The notes beneath the pieces were generated by a model. It searched no databases, was not told where the DNA came from, and was given only the letters and a program-made list of their open reading frames with translations. From Hyalangium minutum (GTDB lineage: Bacteria > Myxococcota > Myxococcia > Myxococcales > Myxococcaceae), in assembly GCF_000737315.1 (NCBI RefSeq), contig NZ_JMCB01000002.1, positions 268,001-516,000 on the forward strand: a DNA stretch of 248,000 nucleotides. Direction: 5' to 3'. The position numbers and the translations under genes are program-made. The stretch's first letter is position 1, and the number at the start of each line of letters is the position of its first letter. Positions 219,001-229,787 of the stretch are shown in pieces.

Positions 219001-219131
219001 ATGTGCTCCCGTGCGTTTCGGTTCCGGCCCGAACCGACTGCATGCGGAGAGACGAGAAGGGGAATTTTCGTGTTCCCGGCACCGTGCGCGTTTTTGCGGA
219101 CCCATCCTTGGGGGAAGCTAGACTGGGGGCC

Positions 219132-219773
219132 TTGGCCGAGAACGAAGAGCTGCGCGCATTGATCGCCGAGGCCCAGGACGGCAGCGTCCGCGCCTTCGAG
219201 CTGTTGGTGTCCTCGTACCTGCCCCAGGTGCGCCGCTTCGCGCGCGCGTTCGCCAGGTCAGACTCGGATGCGGACGACTTGGCGCAGGAGGCACTGGTCA
219301 AGGTCTACAAGAGCCTGCGCTCGTACCGCTTCCAGTCCGCGTTCAAGACGTGGCTCTATGCGGTGGTGCGCAACGTCGTCGTGGACGCGGCGCGCAGCCG
219401 CGCGGGCCGGGAGCGCTCTCAAGAGGATCCGCTCCCCACGGACCATGCCCGGCTGCCTTCCACCGCCGAGCCGCCCGATGAGGGCCTCGCTCGGGCGCAG
219501 GAGCGACAGCGGCTCTGGAAGGCGCTGCGTCAACTGCCGGAGGAGTTCCGCACGGCGGTGGTGCTCTTCGATGTCGAGGGGCACACGTATGACGAGGTGG
219601 CAGCCATCGAAGGCGTGCCCATCGGTACAGTAAAATCGAGGCTTTCGCGGGGCCGGACGCTGCTCCGGGACTTGCTGGCGGGCGAGCGGGCGCCCGATCC
219701 GGCGGCGAGTGAAGCCACGGTGGGAACATCCGGCCCAGGTGTTTCGTCCCATGGGCGTAGGAGCGAGAAATGA
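219132..219773 (+). CDS. ECF sigma factor
   Basis: DDLAQE, F.TWLY, GTVKSRL.RGR. Confidence 0.9.
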   Translation: MAENEELRALIAEAQDGSVRAFELLVSSYLPQVRRFARAFARSDSDADDLAQEALVKVYKSLRSYRFQSAFKTWLYAVVRNVVVDAARSRAGRERSQEDPLPTDHARLPSTAEPPDEGLARAQERQRLWKALRQLPEEFRTAVVLFDVEGHTYDEVAAIEGVPIGTVKSRLSRGRTLLRDLLAGERAPDPAASEATVGTSGPGVSSHGRRSEK

Positions 219774-220369
219774 GTGAGCTGGAGCCATCGGAGGAGCGCG
219801 CGCTGCGAGAGCAGCTGGGAGCGCTGCGGGAAGACCCGCCCGAGCTGGGCTTCCAGGCCTCGCTCCATCGGCGGCTGGCCGCGGCGGGCCCGCCAGAGCC
219901 CGCGTCCGGGTGGGACCGGGTCCGCTCGTTCTTCCGCCGGGGGGCGCCGGTGCTCTGGCCCGCGGTGGGGGTCGCGGCGGGCGTGGCCGCGTTCCTGATT
220001 CTGAGCGCCGTGCAGACGCCTCCGGCCGCTCCGCAGGGCTCCGCCGAGGTGGCGCAGCCGCTGGAGACGCCGGGCACGGCCGTGCCAGCCAGCAAGGTGG
220101 CGGTCATCAAGCTGGACTTCACGGCGGACGTGGCGGTGGAGGAGGCGGACTTCCAGGTGAGCCTGCCCGAGGGCCTGTCCTTCTGGGCGGACGGCGAGGA
220201 CTTGCCGCTGCGCTCCTTCCAATGGACGCAGCCGCTGAACGCAGGCAGCAACGTCATCCCCATCGCGGTGCGCGGGCACAAGCCGGGCCGCTATCTGGTC
220301 ACGGCGATGGCTCGCGCGGGAGATCAGAAGATAGAGCATGATGTGGTGCTCGAGGTGACTGACGGATGA
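219770..220369 (+). CDS. Putative anti-sigma factor
   Basis: Single TM; overlaps the sigma stop. Confidence 0.65.
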   Translation: MSELEPSEERALREQLGALREDPPELGFQASLHRRLAAAGPPEPASGWDRVRSFFRRGAPVLWPAVGVAAGVAAFLILSAVQTPPAAPQGSAEVAQPLETPGTAVPASKVAVIKLDFTADVAVEEADFQVSLPEGLSFWADGEDLPLRSFQWTQPLNAGSNVIPIAVRGHKPGRYLVTAMARAGDQKIEHDVVLEVTDG

Positions 220370-220890
220370 ACCGGTCCATTGCACAGCTCGGGGCAGTCGC
220401 CGTGGCGCTCGTGCTGCTCGGGGCCGGGAGCGCGCGTGCGCAGGCTCAGGCGGTGCCCCCGCCCACAGCGCCCCCGCCTCAAGCAGCGCCCCCACCTGCA
220501 TCTCCTCCACAAGGAGCACCGGCCCAGACGGCTCCGGCGGACACGGGCGCGATCCGTGGCCCTGATGCTCCGGCACCCTCCGCGCTGGAGCCGCGAGGCG
220601 CGGAGCCGCGCGTCCGCGTGCGCAGCTCGCACACCGTGGACGTCATCGCGCCGGGTGAGAAGGTCGACACGATTCTGGGCCGGATGCGCACGGAGCGTCC
220701 GGCACCTCCACCGCGAGGAGACACGGTACGGCCGCCTCCAGGCCCGGATGGACGAGGTGCTCACCGCCAGCAGGGCCCGGGGCGCTCAGGACCGCCGCGC
220801 CCCGGTGAGGATGGGCGCGGTCCGCCATCTCCTCGCACGGACGGCACTCCTCCTCCCCCGGGCTCCCAGCTTCCGCCACCGCCGCGATGA
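220366..220890 (+). CDS. Pro-rich exported protein
   Basis: Signal peptide, low complexity. Confidence 0.55.
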   Translation: MNRSIAQLGAVAVALVLLGAGSARAQAQAVPPPTAPPPQAAPPPASPPQGAPAQTAPADTGAIRGPDAPAPSALEPRGAEPRVRVRSSHTVDVIAPGEKVDTILGRMRTERPAPPPRGDTVRPPPGPDGRGAHRQQGPGRSGPPRPGEDGRGPPSPRTDGTPPPPGSQLPPPPR

Positions 220891-222695
220891 TGCTCGCCCC
220901 AGTGCTTGCCCTCCTGGCGCTGTCGGCCACGGGGGCTTCGCTCACAGAGGCACAGCAGGCCTTCGCCGAGGGACGGTACGAGGGCGCGGAGCAATTGGCG
221001 CTGCAGGCCGCGAAACCTCCACAGGAAGGCGCCGCGCTCTACCTGGTGGGCTTGGCGCGCTTTCGCAGTGGGCGGCCGGCCGACGCCCTGGAGGCGCTCG
221101 AGGCTGCGGGCAAGGCGCAGGACGCGCCCGAGCGGGCGCCCTGGAACTTCAACCGCGGCGCCTGTCTGTACGAGCTGGGCCGCTTCGAGGAGGCCGAGCA
221201 GGCCTTCCTCCAGGCCGCGGCGGACGAGTCCCTCTCCCGGGTGGCTTGGGTGAATGCGGGCTTCGCCGCGCTGGATGCGGGCTTCCCCGAGCGGGCCGCG
221301 CAGTGGGCAGCTCGGGCGAAGGCAGGAGCCGCCGAGCGGGAGCTCGCGCTGGTGGAGGAACTGCTCTCGGAAGTGGCGCACGCAAAGGGAGCCACGGTGA
221401 GCGCGGGCGACGAGTCCTATCGACAGGGCCTCACGTCCTTTGACGCCGGGCGCTTCGAGGAGGCGCGCACGCATTTCCTGGAGGCCGCGAAGTGGGAAGG
221501 CTCCTCTGGCCGCGCGCGGCTCATGGCGGGAGCCTCCGCCTACCGGACGGGAGACCGGGTGGCGGCGCGGGAGGACATCGTGACGGCGCTGGCGCTGCGG
221601 TTGGAGCCCCGGGACAGGGAAGTCGCCCGGGACTACCTCGACCGGCTCTCCTACGGCCTTCGCTCCAGCGGGCAGGGGCTGGGGGCCTCGGTGGGGGCGG
221701 GCGTGGGTTACGACAGCAACGTGCTGCAGGTGGGCGTGGCGGCGCGGGATGGTTCGCTCGGGTCGAGGACGCTGGATACCGCCAGCCAGTTCGTGGAGGT
221801 GGGGCTCGGGCTCGTCGCGCGGCTGCGGCTCTCGGACACGGTGTTCTCCGAGCTGTCGTACGGCGGCTCGCAGCGGGCGTACACGGAGAGCTCCGCCAGC
221901 GACTACTCGCTGCAGCTGCACCGCGCGGGAGCCGCCGTGGAGTGGGACGCCGTGCGCCGCCTTCGCCTGGGCGCCTCGGCCAACGGGGAGGTGTACTTCA
222001 CCGGCATCTCGGCGTTCCGGGGGCTGCAGGCCTCAGCCACGGGCTCGGTGTGGGTGGCGCTGGACGAGAATGAGCTGACGAGCACGCGGCTCGATGCCTC
222101 TTTCTCGCGCAAGGTGGGGCTCGCCAGCGAGTTCAGCTACCTCACGGGCCGGCGGCTGGATGCGACGCTGTCCCAGGACCTGCGCCTCCGGAAGTTTCTG
222201 CTGACAGGGTGGTACCGCTACCGGGAAGACCGCATCGGCACGCTGATGCAGTCGGCCTCCAGCGGGGGCTCCGGCCTGCTGCAGGAGTACGTCATCCCCT
222301 TTGCCTGGGCGGGCCACGCCACGGGCGCATCGGCGCGCTGGGAGCTGGGCGAGGGCTTCGAGGCGAGCCTCTACGCGGGGCTGGAGTGGCGCCGCTACCT
222401 CAGCGAGAGCTTCCTGCGCGTCCAGTTGTTGGACGGGAGCGAGCAGGAGTGGGGGCATCGCCAGCGCCGGGACACGCGCCTCGTCCTGGGCCCGGCCCTG
222501 AGCGCCCAACTGGGCAAGCACCTCCAGTTGTCCGTGCGGTACGACTTCCTGTCGAACGACTCGAACGTGGACACGCGGCTGGCCGACCCGGCGGATGCAT
222601 GCGAGGCGCCGGACTACGTGTGCCATCGCTACGACTACACGAACGGGAACTACCAGAAGCACCAGCCCATGTTGGAGCTGAGCGGGACGTGGTGA
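220887..222695 (+). CDS. TPR plus beta-barrel outer membrane protein
   Basis: TPRs, then GYDSN and amphipathic beta strands; terminal Trp. Confidence 0.7.
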   Translation: MMLAPVLALLALSATGASLTEAQQAFAEGRYEGAEQLALQAAKPPQEGAALYLVGLARFRSGRPADALEALEAAGKAQDAPERAPWNFNRGACLYELGRFEEAEQAFLQAAADESLSRVAWVNAGFAALDAGFPERAAQWAARAKAGAAERELALVEELLSEVAHAKGATVSAGDESYRQGLTSFDAGRFEEARTHFLEAAKWEGSSGRARLMAGASAYRTGDRVAAREDIVTALALRLEPRDREVARDYLDRLSYGLRSSGQGLGASVGAGVGYDSNVLQVGVAARDGSLGSRTLDTASQFVEVGLGLVARLRLSDTVFSELSYGGSQRAYTESSASDYSLQLHRAGAAVEWDAVRRLRLGASANGEVYFTGISAFRGLQASATGSVWVALDENELTSTRLDASFSRKVGLASEFSYLTGRRLDATLSQDLRLRKFLLTGWYRYREDRIGTLMQSASSGGSGLLQEYVIPFAWAGHATGASARWELGEGFEASLYAGLEWRRYLSESFLRVQLLDGSEQEWGHRQRRDTRLVLGPALSAQLGKHLQLSVRYDFLSNDSNVDTRLADPADACEAPDYVCHRYDYTNGNYQKHQPMLELSGTW

Positions 222696-222813
222696 CGGGC
222701 TGCGGCTCGAAGAAGCTCCTGGAGCCTGGACAACCTGAGAGGTTCACCTTCCCACTCCCAACGTGCCAGGCAAGCTGCTAGGGTGCGCGCCTTCTCGCAG
222801 AGGGGGGTACGCC

Positions 222814-223584
222814 ATGGCAGCAAGGAAGGGACGCTTCGACTGGTTCGACCTGATGACGCCGGACGTGGCCGCAGCCCGGTCGTTCTACACGGCCGTCATC
222901 GGCTGGAAGACCACGAAGTGGGAGCAAGCTGACTATGAGATGTGGACCGTAGGGAATGAGACCATCGGCGGGATGATGGCCCTGCCGGCGGAGGAGACGA
223001 AGCGGGGCACGCCGCCGCACTGGCTGGCCCATATCGAGACAGATGACGTCGACGCCACGGTGAAGAAGGCGCAAGAGCTTGGGGGCAAGGTGCTCCGGCC
223101 GGGGACGGACATCCCCACCGTGGGCCGCTTCGCCATCCTGGCGGATCCGCAGGGCGCCATCTTCGGCGTGTTCCGGCCGCAGGAGCCGATGAACGATGCT
223201 CCCCGCAAGCCGGGCTACTTCACCTGGCACGAGCTGAACACCACCGACTACCAGGGCGCCTGGAAGTTCTACTCGGAGCTGTTCGGGTGGAAGCACACCC
223301 GCTCCATGGACATGGGCCCGGAGATGGGCGCGTATTGGATGTTCGGCTACGACGCGCAGACCTCTCTCGGAGGGATGTCGAACGTCGCCGTGCAGATGAA
223401 GGTGCCGGCGCATTGGCTCTACTACGTGTCGGTAGAGGACCTCGACGCGGCTCTGGCGCGCGTGAAGCAGCTCGGAGGTCAAATCCTCAACGGGCCCATG
223501 GAAGTGCCGGGCGGCGATCGGATCGCCCAGTGTATGGATCCGCAGGGGGGGATGTTCGCCCTCCACATGAGCCCTCAGTCCTAG
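222814..223584 (+). CDS. Two-domain VOC/glyoxalase protein
   Basis: W.DL.T.D..AA..FY twice; DPQG. Confidence 0.88.
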   Translation: MAARKGRFDWFDLMTPDVAAARSFYTAVIGWKTTKWEQADYEMWTVGNETIGGMMALPAEETKRGTPPHWLAHIETDDVDATVKKAQELGGKVLRPGTDIPTVGRFAILADPQGAIFGVFRPQEPMNDAPRKPGYFTWHELNTTDYQGAWKFYSELFGWKHTRSMDMGPEMGAYWMFGYDAQTSLGGMSNVAVQMKVPAHWLYYVSVEDLDAALARVKQLGGQILNGPMEVPGGDRIAQCMDPQGGMFALHMSPQS

Positions 223585-223607
223585 CCCGCTTCCCAGGAGT
223601 GACAGAC

Positions 223608-224102
223608 ATGTCCAAGATCATTCCCTGCCTCTGGTTCAACTACGACGCCGAGGAGGCCGCGAAGTTCTACGTCACGCTGCTGCCCAACTCCCGCATCGAC
223701 AAGGTGACGCGCTCTCCGGCCGACAACCCGAGCATGTCCGCGGGCGCGGTGCTGACCGTGGAGTTCACGCTCGCCGGACAGCCCTTCGTGGGGCTCAACG
223801 GTGGCCCGCAGTTCCCCTTCACCGAGGGCGTGTCCTTCACCATCGACTGCGAGGACCAGGCCGAGGTGGACCGGCTGTGGGAGACGCTGTCGAAGGACGG
223901 CGGCAAGCCGGGACAGTGTGGCTGGATCAAGGATCGGTTCGGGCTCTCATGGCAGATCGTCCCGCGCGCCCTGAACCAGCTGCTGCAGGGCTCCAACCGC
224001 GAGGGCGCGGCCCGCGCCATGCAGGCGATGCTCAAGATGAGCAAGCTCGACGTCGCCGCGCTCCAGCGCGCCTATGACGGCGCGAGCGCTCCCAAGCACT
224101 GA
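223608..224102 (+). CDS. VOC protein (PhnB/3-dmu-9 methyltransferase-like)
   Basis: PCLWF, LNGGP.F, CGWIKD.FG.SWQ. Confidence 0.9.
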   Translation: MSKIIPCLWFNYDAEEAAKFYVTLLPNSRIDKVTRSPADNPSMSAGAVLTVEFTLAGQPFVGLNGGPQFPFTEGVSFTIDCEDQAEVDRLWETLSKDGGKPGQCGWIKDRFGLSWQIVPRALNQLLQGSNREGAARAMQAMLKMSKLDVAALQRAYDGASAPKH

Positions 224103-224110
224103 GGGACGCC

Positions 224111-224950
224111 TTACGGGCCCGCTGGCGGCTTCGGGGCCACGCTGGCGCGCATGAAGGCCATGTACTCGTCCTCGGAGGTCTGCCGGCGTGCGCGAACGAG
224201 CGGGAGAATGTCGCTCGTCGCCACGTAGCGCAGGCGCTCCGAGGTGTCGTTCGTTGCCTCGAAGATGACCTCGGCGACGTGCTCGGACGTCGAGTCCTTG
224301 CTCGCGCTGCGCGAGGCCCGCATCGCCGCGAAGACCTGGTGCGCCTCCGAGACGAAGGAGTCGTAGTCCCGGATGCCGCTCGAGAGCAGGCTTGCCTCCT
224401 TCGCGGAGCGCTCACCGAACTTCGTGGTGATGACGCCGCCTGGCTCGACGATCTTCACGCGGATGCCGAGCGCGCCAAGCTCGTACGAGAGGGACTCGGA
224501 GAAGCCCTCGAGCGCGAACTTGCTCGCGTTGTAGAGGGAGATCATCGGCAGCGCGAACACGCCCGCGCCGGAGCTCACGTTGACGATGCAGCCTCCCTTG
224601 TTGGCGCGGAAGTGCGGCAGCACCGCGCGCACGACGTTCATGACGCCGAAGACGTTCACCTCGAACTGCTCGCGGACCTTCTCGTCCGGGGTCAGCTCGA
224701 AGACGCCGAACGCGCCATAGCCCGCGTTGTTCACCACGGCGTCAATGCGTCCGAACCGCGTGAGGCCCGCATCGATGGCGGCGCGGATCGTCTCGGGCTT
224801 CTGGACGTCGAGCGGGGTGACGAACGTGCCGGGAAGCTCCTGGGGCGTTCGCATGGTGGCGATGACGTTCCAGCCACGGGCGGCAAACAGCTCCGCGGTG
224901 GCCTTGCCGAACCCAGATGATGCGCCGGTGATGAGGACGGTCTTCTTCAT
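224111..224950 (-). CDS. SDR oxidoreductase
   Basis: TGASSGFG, NNAG, YNASK. Confidence 0.9.
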   Translation of the reverse strand: MKKTVLITGASSGFGKATAELFAARGWNVIATMRTPQELPGTFVTPLDVQKPETIRAAIDAGLTRFGRIDAVVNNAGYGAFGVFELTPDEKVREQFEVNVFGVMNVVRAVLPHFRANKGGCIVNVSSGAGVFALPMISLYNASKFALEGFSESLSYELGALGIRVKIVEPGGVITTKFGERSAKEASLLSSGIRDYDSFVSEAHQVFAAMRASRSASKDSTSEHVAEVIFEATNDTSERLRYVATSDILPLVRARRQTSEDEYMAFMRASVAPKPPAGP

Positions 224951-225042
224951 GGTGCTCCTCCTGTGGAGACCGTCAGATAGCGGCGCGGGACTGGTGCAAC
225001 AATCACAGCAACATGAGATGAACTGGTGCAGGAGACAGCACA

Positions 225043-225951
225043 ATGAAACGACCGGATCTCTTCGAGCTCCAGGCCATCTCGGCAGTGGCCTCCCGCCGCA
225101 GCTTCCGGGCCGCCGCGGCCGAGCTGAGCCTCTCGCCGTCAGCGCTGAGCCATCGGGTGGCGGCGCTCGAGCGGCGGCTCGGCGTCCGGCTCTTCCAGCG
225201 CACGACGCGCAGCGTGTCGCTCACGGAGGCGGGGGAGCAGTTTCTCGCGCGCGTTCGGCCCGCGCTCGCCGAGCTCTCGGCGGCGATGGAGATGGTCAAA
225301 GAGTTCCGCGACACGCCCGCGGGCACGCTGCGCATCACCACCTCGGAGGGCGCCGCGCGGCAGGTGCTCACGCCCGTGGTGCTCGAGTTCATGGAGCGCT
225401 ACCCCGACATGCGGGTGGAGCTGGTGGTCGAGTCGCGGTTCATGGACATCGTGAAGGAGGGCTTCGACGCGGGTCTCCGGCTGCTCGAAGCGGTGCCGCA
225501 GGACATGGTGGCCGTGTCCTGTGGCCCGAGGCAGCGCTCCGTGGTGGTCGGCTCTCCCCGGTACTTCAAGGCGAACCCCCGGCCGAAGGTGCCGGCCGAC
225601 CTGCGCGCGCACCGCTGCATCCGCACGCGGAAGCGGAATGGCGGCATCTACGCGTGGGAGTTCGAACGACGGGGCGAGGAGCTGGAGATCGAGGTGGATG
225701 GGCCGCTCACACTCGACACGCTCTCGCTGGTGATAGAGGCGGCGATGAATGGCGCGGGGCTCGCGTATCTGAGCGAGTGGGAGGTTCGCTCGGCGCTTGC
225801 TTCCGGAAAGCTCGTGAGCGTGCTGGAGGACTGGTTGCCCTCATACCCGGGGCTGTGCGTCTTCTATCCGAGCCACCGCCACGTGCCTGCGGGGCTGCGA
225901 GCCTTCGTGGAGGTGGTGAAGCAGTTCACGAAGCGCCAGGAAAGTGTGTGA
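225043..225951 (+). CDS. LysR family regulator
   Basis: SF..AA..L...PSA.S, LF.RTTRS; full effector domain. Confidence 0.92.
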   Translation: MKRPDLFELQAISAVASRRSFRAAAAELSLSPSALSHRVAALERRLGVRLFQRTTRSVSLTEAGEQFLARVRPALAELSAAMEMVKEFRDTPAGTLRITTSEGAARQVLTPVVLEFMERYPDMRVELVVESRFMDIVKEGFDAGLRLLEAVPQDMVAVSCGPRQRSVVVGSPRYFKANPRPKVPADLRAHRCIRTRKRNGGIYAWEFERRGEELEIEVDGPLTLDTLSLVIEAAMNGAGLAYLSEWEVRSALASGKLVSVLEDWLPSYPGLCVFYPSHRHVPAGLRAFVEVVKQFTKRQESV

Positions 225952-226002
225952 GTGGAAAGCGGCTATGCTGGCGCCTCTTTTGTGGTGGGAAGGAGATGGA
226001 AG

Positions 226003-226884
226003 ATGGCGTCCAGCAGTGCAGCGAAGGTGGGGGTGATCGGCAGTGGTCTCATGGGAACCGCACTGGCGCGAGCCTTGGCAGCGGCCGGTCATGACGTCGT
226101 GGTGTGGAACAGGACTCCCAGCAAGGCCCAGGCTGTAGGCAGTGGCACCGTGGCAAGGGAGAACCTGGTCGAGGCCGTCTCGGGCCGAGAGCTGGTCATC
226201 GTCTCTGTGTCCAACTATGCCGCCAGCTTCGAGCTGCTCTCCGCGAAGGGGGTTGCGCAGGCGCTGGCCGGGAAGACGCTCGTTCAGCTCACCAGTGGCT
226301 CTCCCGCGGATGCTCGCGCGGCCCTGGAGTGGGCCACGGCTCACGGCGTGGACTATTTGGACGCTGCGATTCTCGCCTACCCGAGTTTCGTCGCCACCGA
226401 TTACGCGACGGTCTTCTACGCCGGGCTGCGCACCGTCTTCGACCGGCACCTTCCTACCCTTCAGGCGATTGCCAAGAACTCCATCTACGTCGACGAGAAG
226501 ATCGGGGCCGCCGCGACGCTCGACTGCGCGATTCTGGAGTCCTATTACGGAGGCTCTCTGGCCTTCCTGCACGCTGCGGCGATGTGCCAGGCGGAGGGCC
226601 TGGACCCGAAGACGTTCTTCGCCCACAAGAACTCCTTCCTCGGGCTGATCTCCGTGACGGCTGATGCCGCACAGGGGATGATCGAGCGCAACGACTTCTC
226701 GGGCGACCAGTGCAGTCTCAACACCCACGTCGCGGCCATCGAGCACATCGTCCGGTTGAGCCAGGACGCCCGCATGAGCGCACGCTTCCCCAAAGAGCTG
226801 CTCGACAACTACAAGCGAGCCGTGAGCGCGGGATGGGGAGGCCAGGAGTTGCCAGCAGTGTTCCGGACGCTCAAGCAGGACTGA
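226003..226884 (+). CDS. Imine reductase / beta-hydroxyacid dehydrogenase-like
   Basis: GSGLMG, VWNRT, YLD.AI. Confidence 0.8.
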   Translation: MASSSAAKVGVIGSGLMGTALARALAAAGHDVVVWNRTPSKAQAVGSGTVARENLVEAVSGRELVIVSVSNYAASFELLSAKGVAQALAGKTLVQLTSGSPADARAALEWATAHGVDYLDAAILAYPSFVATDYATVFYAGLRTVFDRHLPTLQAIAKNSIYVDEKIGAAATLDCAILESYYGGSLAFLHAAAMCQAEGLDPKTFFAHKNSFLGLISVTADAAQGMIERNDFSGDQCSLNTHVAAIEHIVRLSQDARMSARFPKELLDNYKRAVSAGWGGQELPAVFRTLKQD

Positions 226885-226985
226885 GTTCCGCAGTCATCGA
226901 GGCGACACACGCTCTGCTTCAGCAGGCAATCTCGGCGTGAACAGGGTAGTGCGGTTGGCTCTTCAACCCACACGACGGACAACCC

Positions 226986-227606
226986 ATGGACGAGAAAGTC
227001 ACGGCGGTGCTCGACGCCTATCACGAGCGCATACGCGCAGAAGACCAGCTGATGCGGGAGGCGCCGCAAAAGGGCGGCTTTGAGGGGTTGCGCGATCAGG
227101 TCCTGCTCTCCGTGGGACCGGACACGGGCAAGCTGATCAACATCCTTGCGCGGAGCTTGAAGGCCCCCCACATCCTGGAGCTCGGCACTTCTTACGGTTA
227201 CTCCGGGATCTGGCTGGCGGAAGCCGCGCGGGCGACTGGCGGCCGGGTGACCACCATGGAGCTGCAGGACTACAAGGCAGCCTATGCGCGCGGCATGGCG
227301 GAGAAGGCGGGGCTGGCCGGCTCCATCGACTTCAAGGTGGGTGATGCGGTTCAGATGATCAACGAGTTGCCGTTCAAGCTCGACTTCGTGCTCGTTGACC
227401 TGTGGAAGGACCTCTACGTGCCGTGCCTCGAGGCCTTCTATCCCAAGCTCAATCCGGGGGCGATCATCGTCGCCGATAACATGCTCCGGCCTGGTGGCGA
227501 AGAGGTGCAGCGCTATGGCCGAGCCGTACGCGCGAAGCCCGGAATCACCAGTGTCCTGCTCCCCGTGGGGTCTGGGCTGGAGGTCAGCCGTTTCGAGCCG
227601 AGCTGA
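226986..227606 (+). CDS. O-methyltransferase
   Basis: ELGTSYGYS, D.VL.D, ADN. Confidence 0.88.
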   Translation: MDEKVTAVLDAYHERIRAEDQLMREAPQKGGFEGLRDQVLLSVGPDTGKLINILARSLKAPHILELGTSYGYSGIWLAEAARATGGRVTTMELQDYKAAYARGMAEKAGLAGSIDFKVGDAVQMINELPFKLDFVLVDLWKDLYVPCLEAFYPKLNPGAIIVADNMLRPGGEEVQRYGRAVRAKPGITSVLLPVGSGLEVSRFEPS

Positions 227607-227659
227607 CCGCTTTGCGCGAGCACTGGCGCGTGTCGTGGCTGCCGGTTAGGGATACGGCC

Positions 227660-228451
227660 ATGAGCCACGATACGACCTCCTCACCCCATGCCTCTCGCCC
227701 CGTGGTGGTGCTCGGAGCCGCCGGGCGCCTGGGCCGTGAGCTTGTCCATGCGGCCCTGCGGCTGGGACAGCCGGTCACGGCCGTCGCCCGGAGCCGCGAG
227801 AAGCTCCGGGAGACGCTCCGAGTCGCGGATAACCCGTTGCTCACCTTGACCGAGGGCGATGCTCGCGACGCCGAGGCCATGGTTGCGGTGATGAGGGGCG
227901 CATCCGCCGTGGTGAACTCGGCGGGGCATGCGGGAGACGGAGCGGCGTTCATCGAACTGGGCCGCACGGTCGTCCACGCGGCGGAGCGCATGCTTGGGCC
228001 CGGCGGACGGCTCTGGTTCCTCGGCGGCCTGGGCGTGATGCGCATCCCGAACACGAACCGTCTCGGCATTGATCTCGCCGGGATGCCGGAGATGTACCAG
228101 ACCCACCGCGCCAACCACGAGACGCTGCGTGCCTCGTCGCTCGACTGGTCGATGCTCTGCCCGGGTCCGTTGATTGATTCGGCCGACAGGCCCGCCGTGG
228201 ACACGCTGCGCATCAGCACCGAAGTCCTCCCCGTCGAGATCGACGTGAGTGATGCGCCGGACGATGCGCGGCTCTTCGCGCGGCTGCGCGAGCGGTTCCC
228301 TGAGACCACCATCCCCTATGCAACAGCGGCCGAAGTGGTGATGCGCCACCTGGAAAAGAATGGCCCGTTCAACCGCCAGCGGGTGGGTATTGCCCTTCCG
228401 GTGGGACATACCGCTGAGAAGCAGGGGTGGACGCTCGGCAAGCGAGGGTGA
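227660..228451 (+). CDS. NAD(P)H-binding protein (BVR-B-like)
   Basis: GAAGRLG, WS...PG. Confidence 0.8.
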   Translation: MSHDTTSSPHASRPVVVLGAAGRLGRELVHAALRLGQPVTAVARSREKLRETLRVADNPLLTLTEGDARDAEAMVAVMRGASAVVNSAGHAGDGAAFIELGRTVVHAAERMLGPGGRLWFLGGLGVMRIPNTNRLGIDLAGMPEMYQTHRANHETLRASSLDWSMLCPGPLIDSADRPAVDTLRISTEVLPVEIDVSDAPDDARLFARLRERFPETTIPYATAAEVVMRHLEKNGPFNRQRVGIALPVGHTAEKQGWTLGKRG

Positions 228452-228605
228452 GGTGCTAGGGAGCGCTCAGAGGGGGCCGAGCCAAACGAGCGAGTGCTCC
228501 TCAAGTGAGTCCCAACGCATTGAAGGCTGCGGCCTTGGGATCACCATTGCACCTGCCAGCGCTGCTTCTCTGTCCGCAGCATTCAGCAACCGGAAGAAGA
228601 CCGTC

Positions 228606-229787
228606 TCACCCATCACCCACCTCCGAACCTGAAACCTGCGGCGTGCCCTGCGCTCCCGTTTCCATCCCGTGCTGCTCGAACAGCGCGAGGTACGGCTCAT
228701 ACCGATACAGCCGGTTCCGCTTCTGCCCCGTTGTTTCCCGCAGCAATCCAGCCGCCACCAACTGTTCAATGGTGCTGGCCGCCGTCGCGAACGAGCACCT
228801 CAGGTGCTGCTCCGCCGCGCGCACGGACATGAACGGCTTCTCGAAGAGGTAGTCCAGTAGCCGGATACCCAGCGCGTTGGCGGCGAGTTTCTGCCGTGCG
228901 TCCTCTCGCAGGTGGAGAATGGAGCGCGCGGTGTTCGTCGCCGCGACACTCACTTCGGCAACACCTTTGAGGAAGAAGCGCAACCACCCCTCCCAGTCTC
229001 CCGCCGTTCGCACGGCCGTGAGCCGGTCGTAATACTCCGCGCGGTGGGCCTTGAGGTACACGCTGAGGTACAGCAGTGGACGTGCCAAGATGCGCTGCTC
229101 GCACAGCAACAGCGTGATCAACAAGCGCCCCACACGGCCGTTGCCGTCCAGGAACGGGTGGATGGTCTCGAACTGCGCGTGCGCCAGGCCGCACTGCACG
229201 AGCGGAGGCAAGCCCCGGCTGTCGTGCAGGAACTTCTCCAAGTTGCCAAGCGCCTCCTTCATTTCGTGAGGAGGTGGTGGCACGAAAGTGGCTGTCTGCA
229301 GGTTGCAACCTTGCGGGCCAATCCAGTTTTGCGAAGTGCGGAACTCCCCGGGGCTCCGCTCACTGCCGCGGACGCCCTCCATCAGCCTTCCATGGATCTC
229401 CCGCAGTAACCGCAGCGAGAGCGGCAAGGTCTTGAGCCGCTCCAGGCCATGGTTCATCGCCGCCACATAGTTGACGACTTCGCCCGCATCCTTGGCGATG
229501 CGAGGTCCCTTTGCGTCGATTTCGTACTGGAGGACATCCTCGAGCGTGCTCTGCGTACCCTCAATCTGCGAACTCAGGACCGCTTCATGCCGTACGTACA
229601 TCGCCACGAAGAGGTCCGGGTTGGGCAGAATGGAAGCGACCCCGTCCAGCCGTCCGAGCGCCCGGTCTGCCTCACTCATCAGGGCCGTCAACTCCCCCTC
229701 CATGCGCACAGGGGACGTAGGGGGCAAGGCGGCGGGAATGAACGCCCGGTATCCATGGAGTTGCTGTACGTATTGCCCTGCGCGCAT
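228606..229787 (-). CDS. Fic family protein
   Basis: SSQIEG, HPFLDGNGRVGR. Confidence 0.93.
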   Translation of the reverse strand: MRAGQYVQQLHGYRAFIPAALPPTSPVRMEGELTALMSEADRALGRLDGVASILPNPDLFVAMYVRHEAVLSSQIEGTQSTLEDVLQYEIDAKGPRIAKDAGEVVNYVAAMNHGLERLKTLPLSLRLLREIHGRLMEGVRGSERSPGEFRTSQNWIGPQGCNLQTATFVPPPPHEMKEALGNLEKFLHDSRGLPPLVQCGLAHAQFETIHPFLDGNGRVGRLLITLLLCEQRILARPLLYLSVYLKAHRAEYYDRLTAVRTAGDWEGWLRFFLKGVAEVSVAATNTARSILHLREDARQKLAANALGIRLLDYLFEKPFMSVRAAEQHLRCSFATAASTIEQLVAAGLLRETTGQKRNRLYRYEPYLALFEQHGMETGAQGTPQVSGSEVGDG

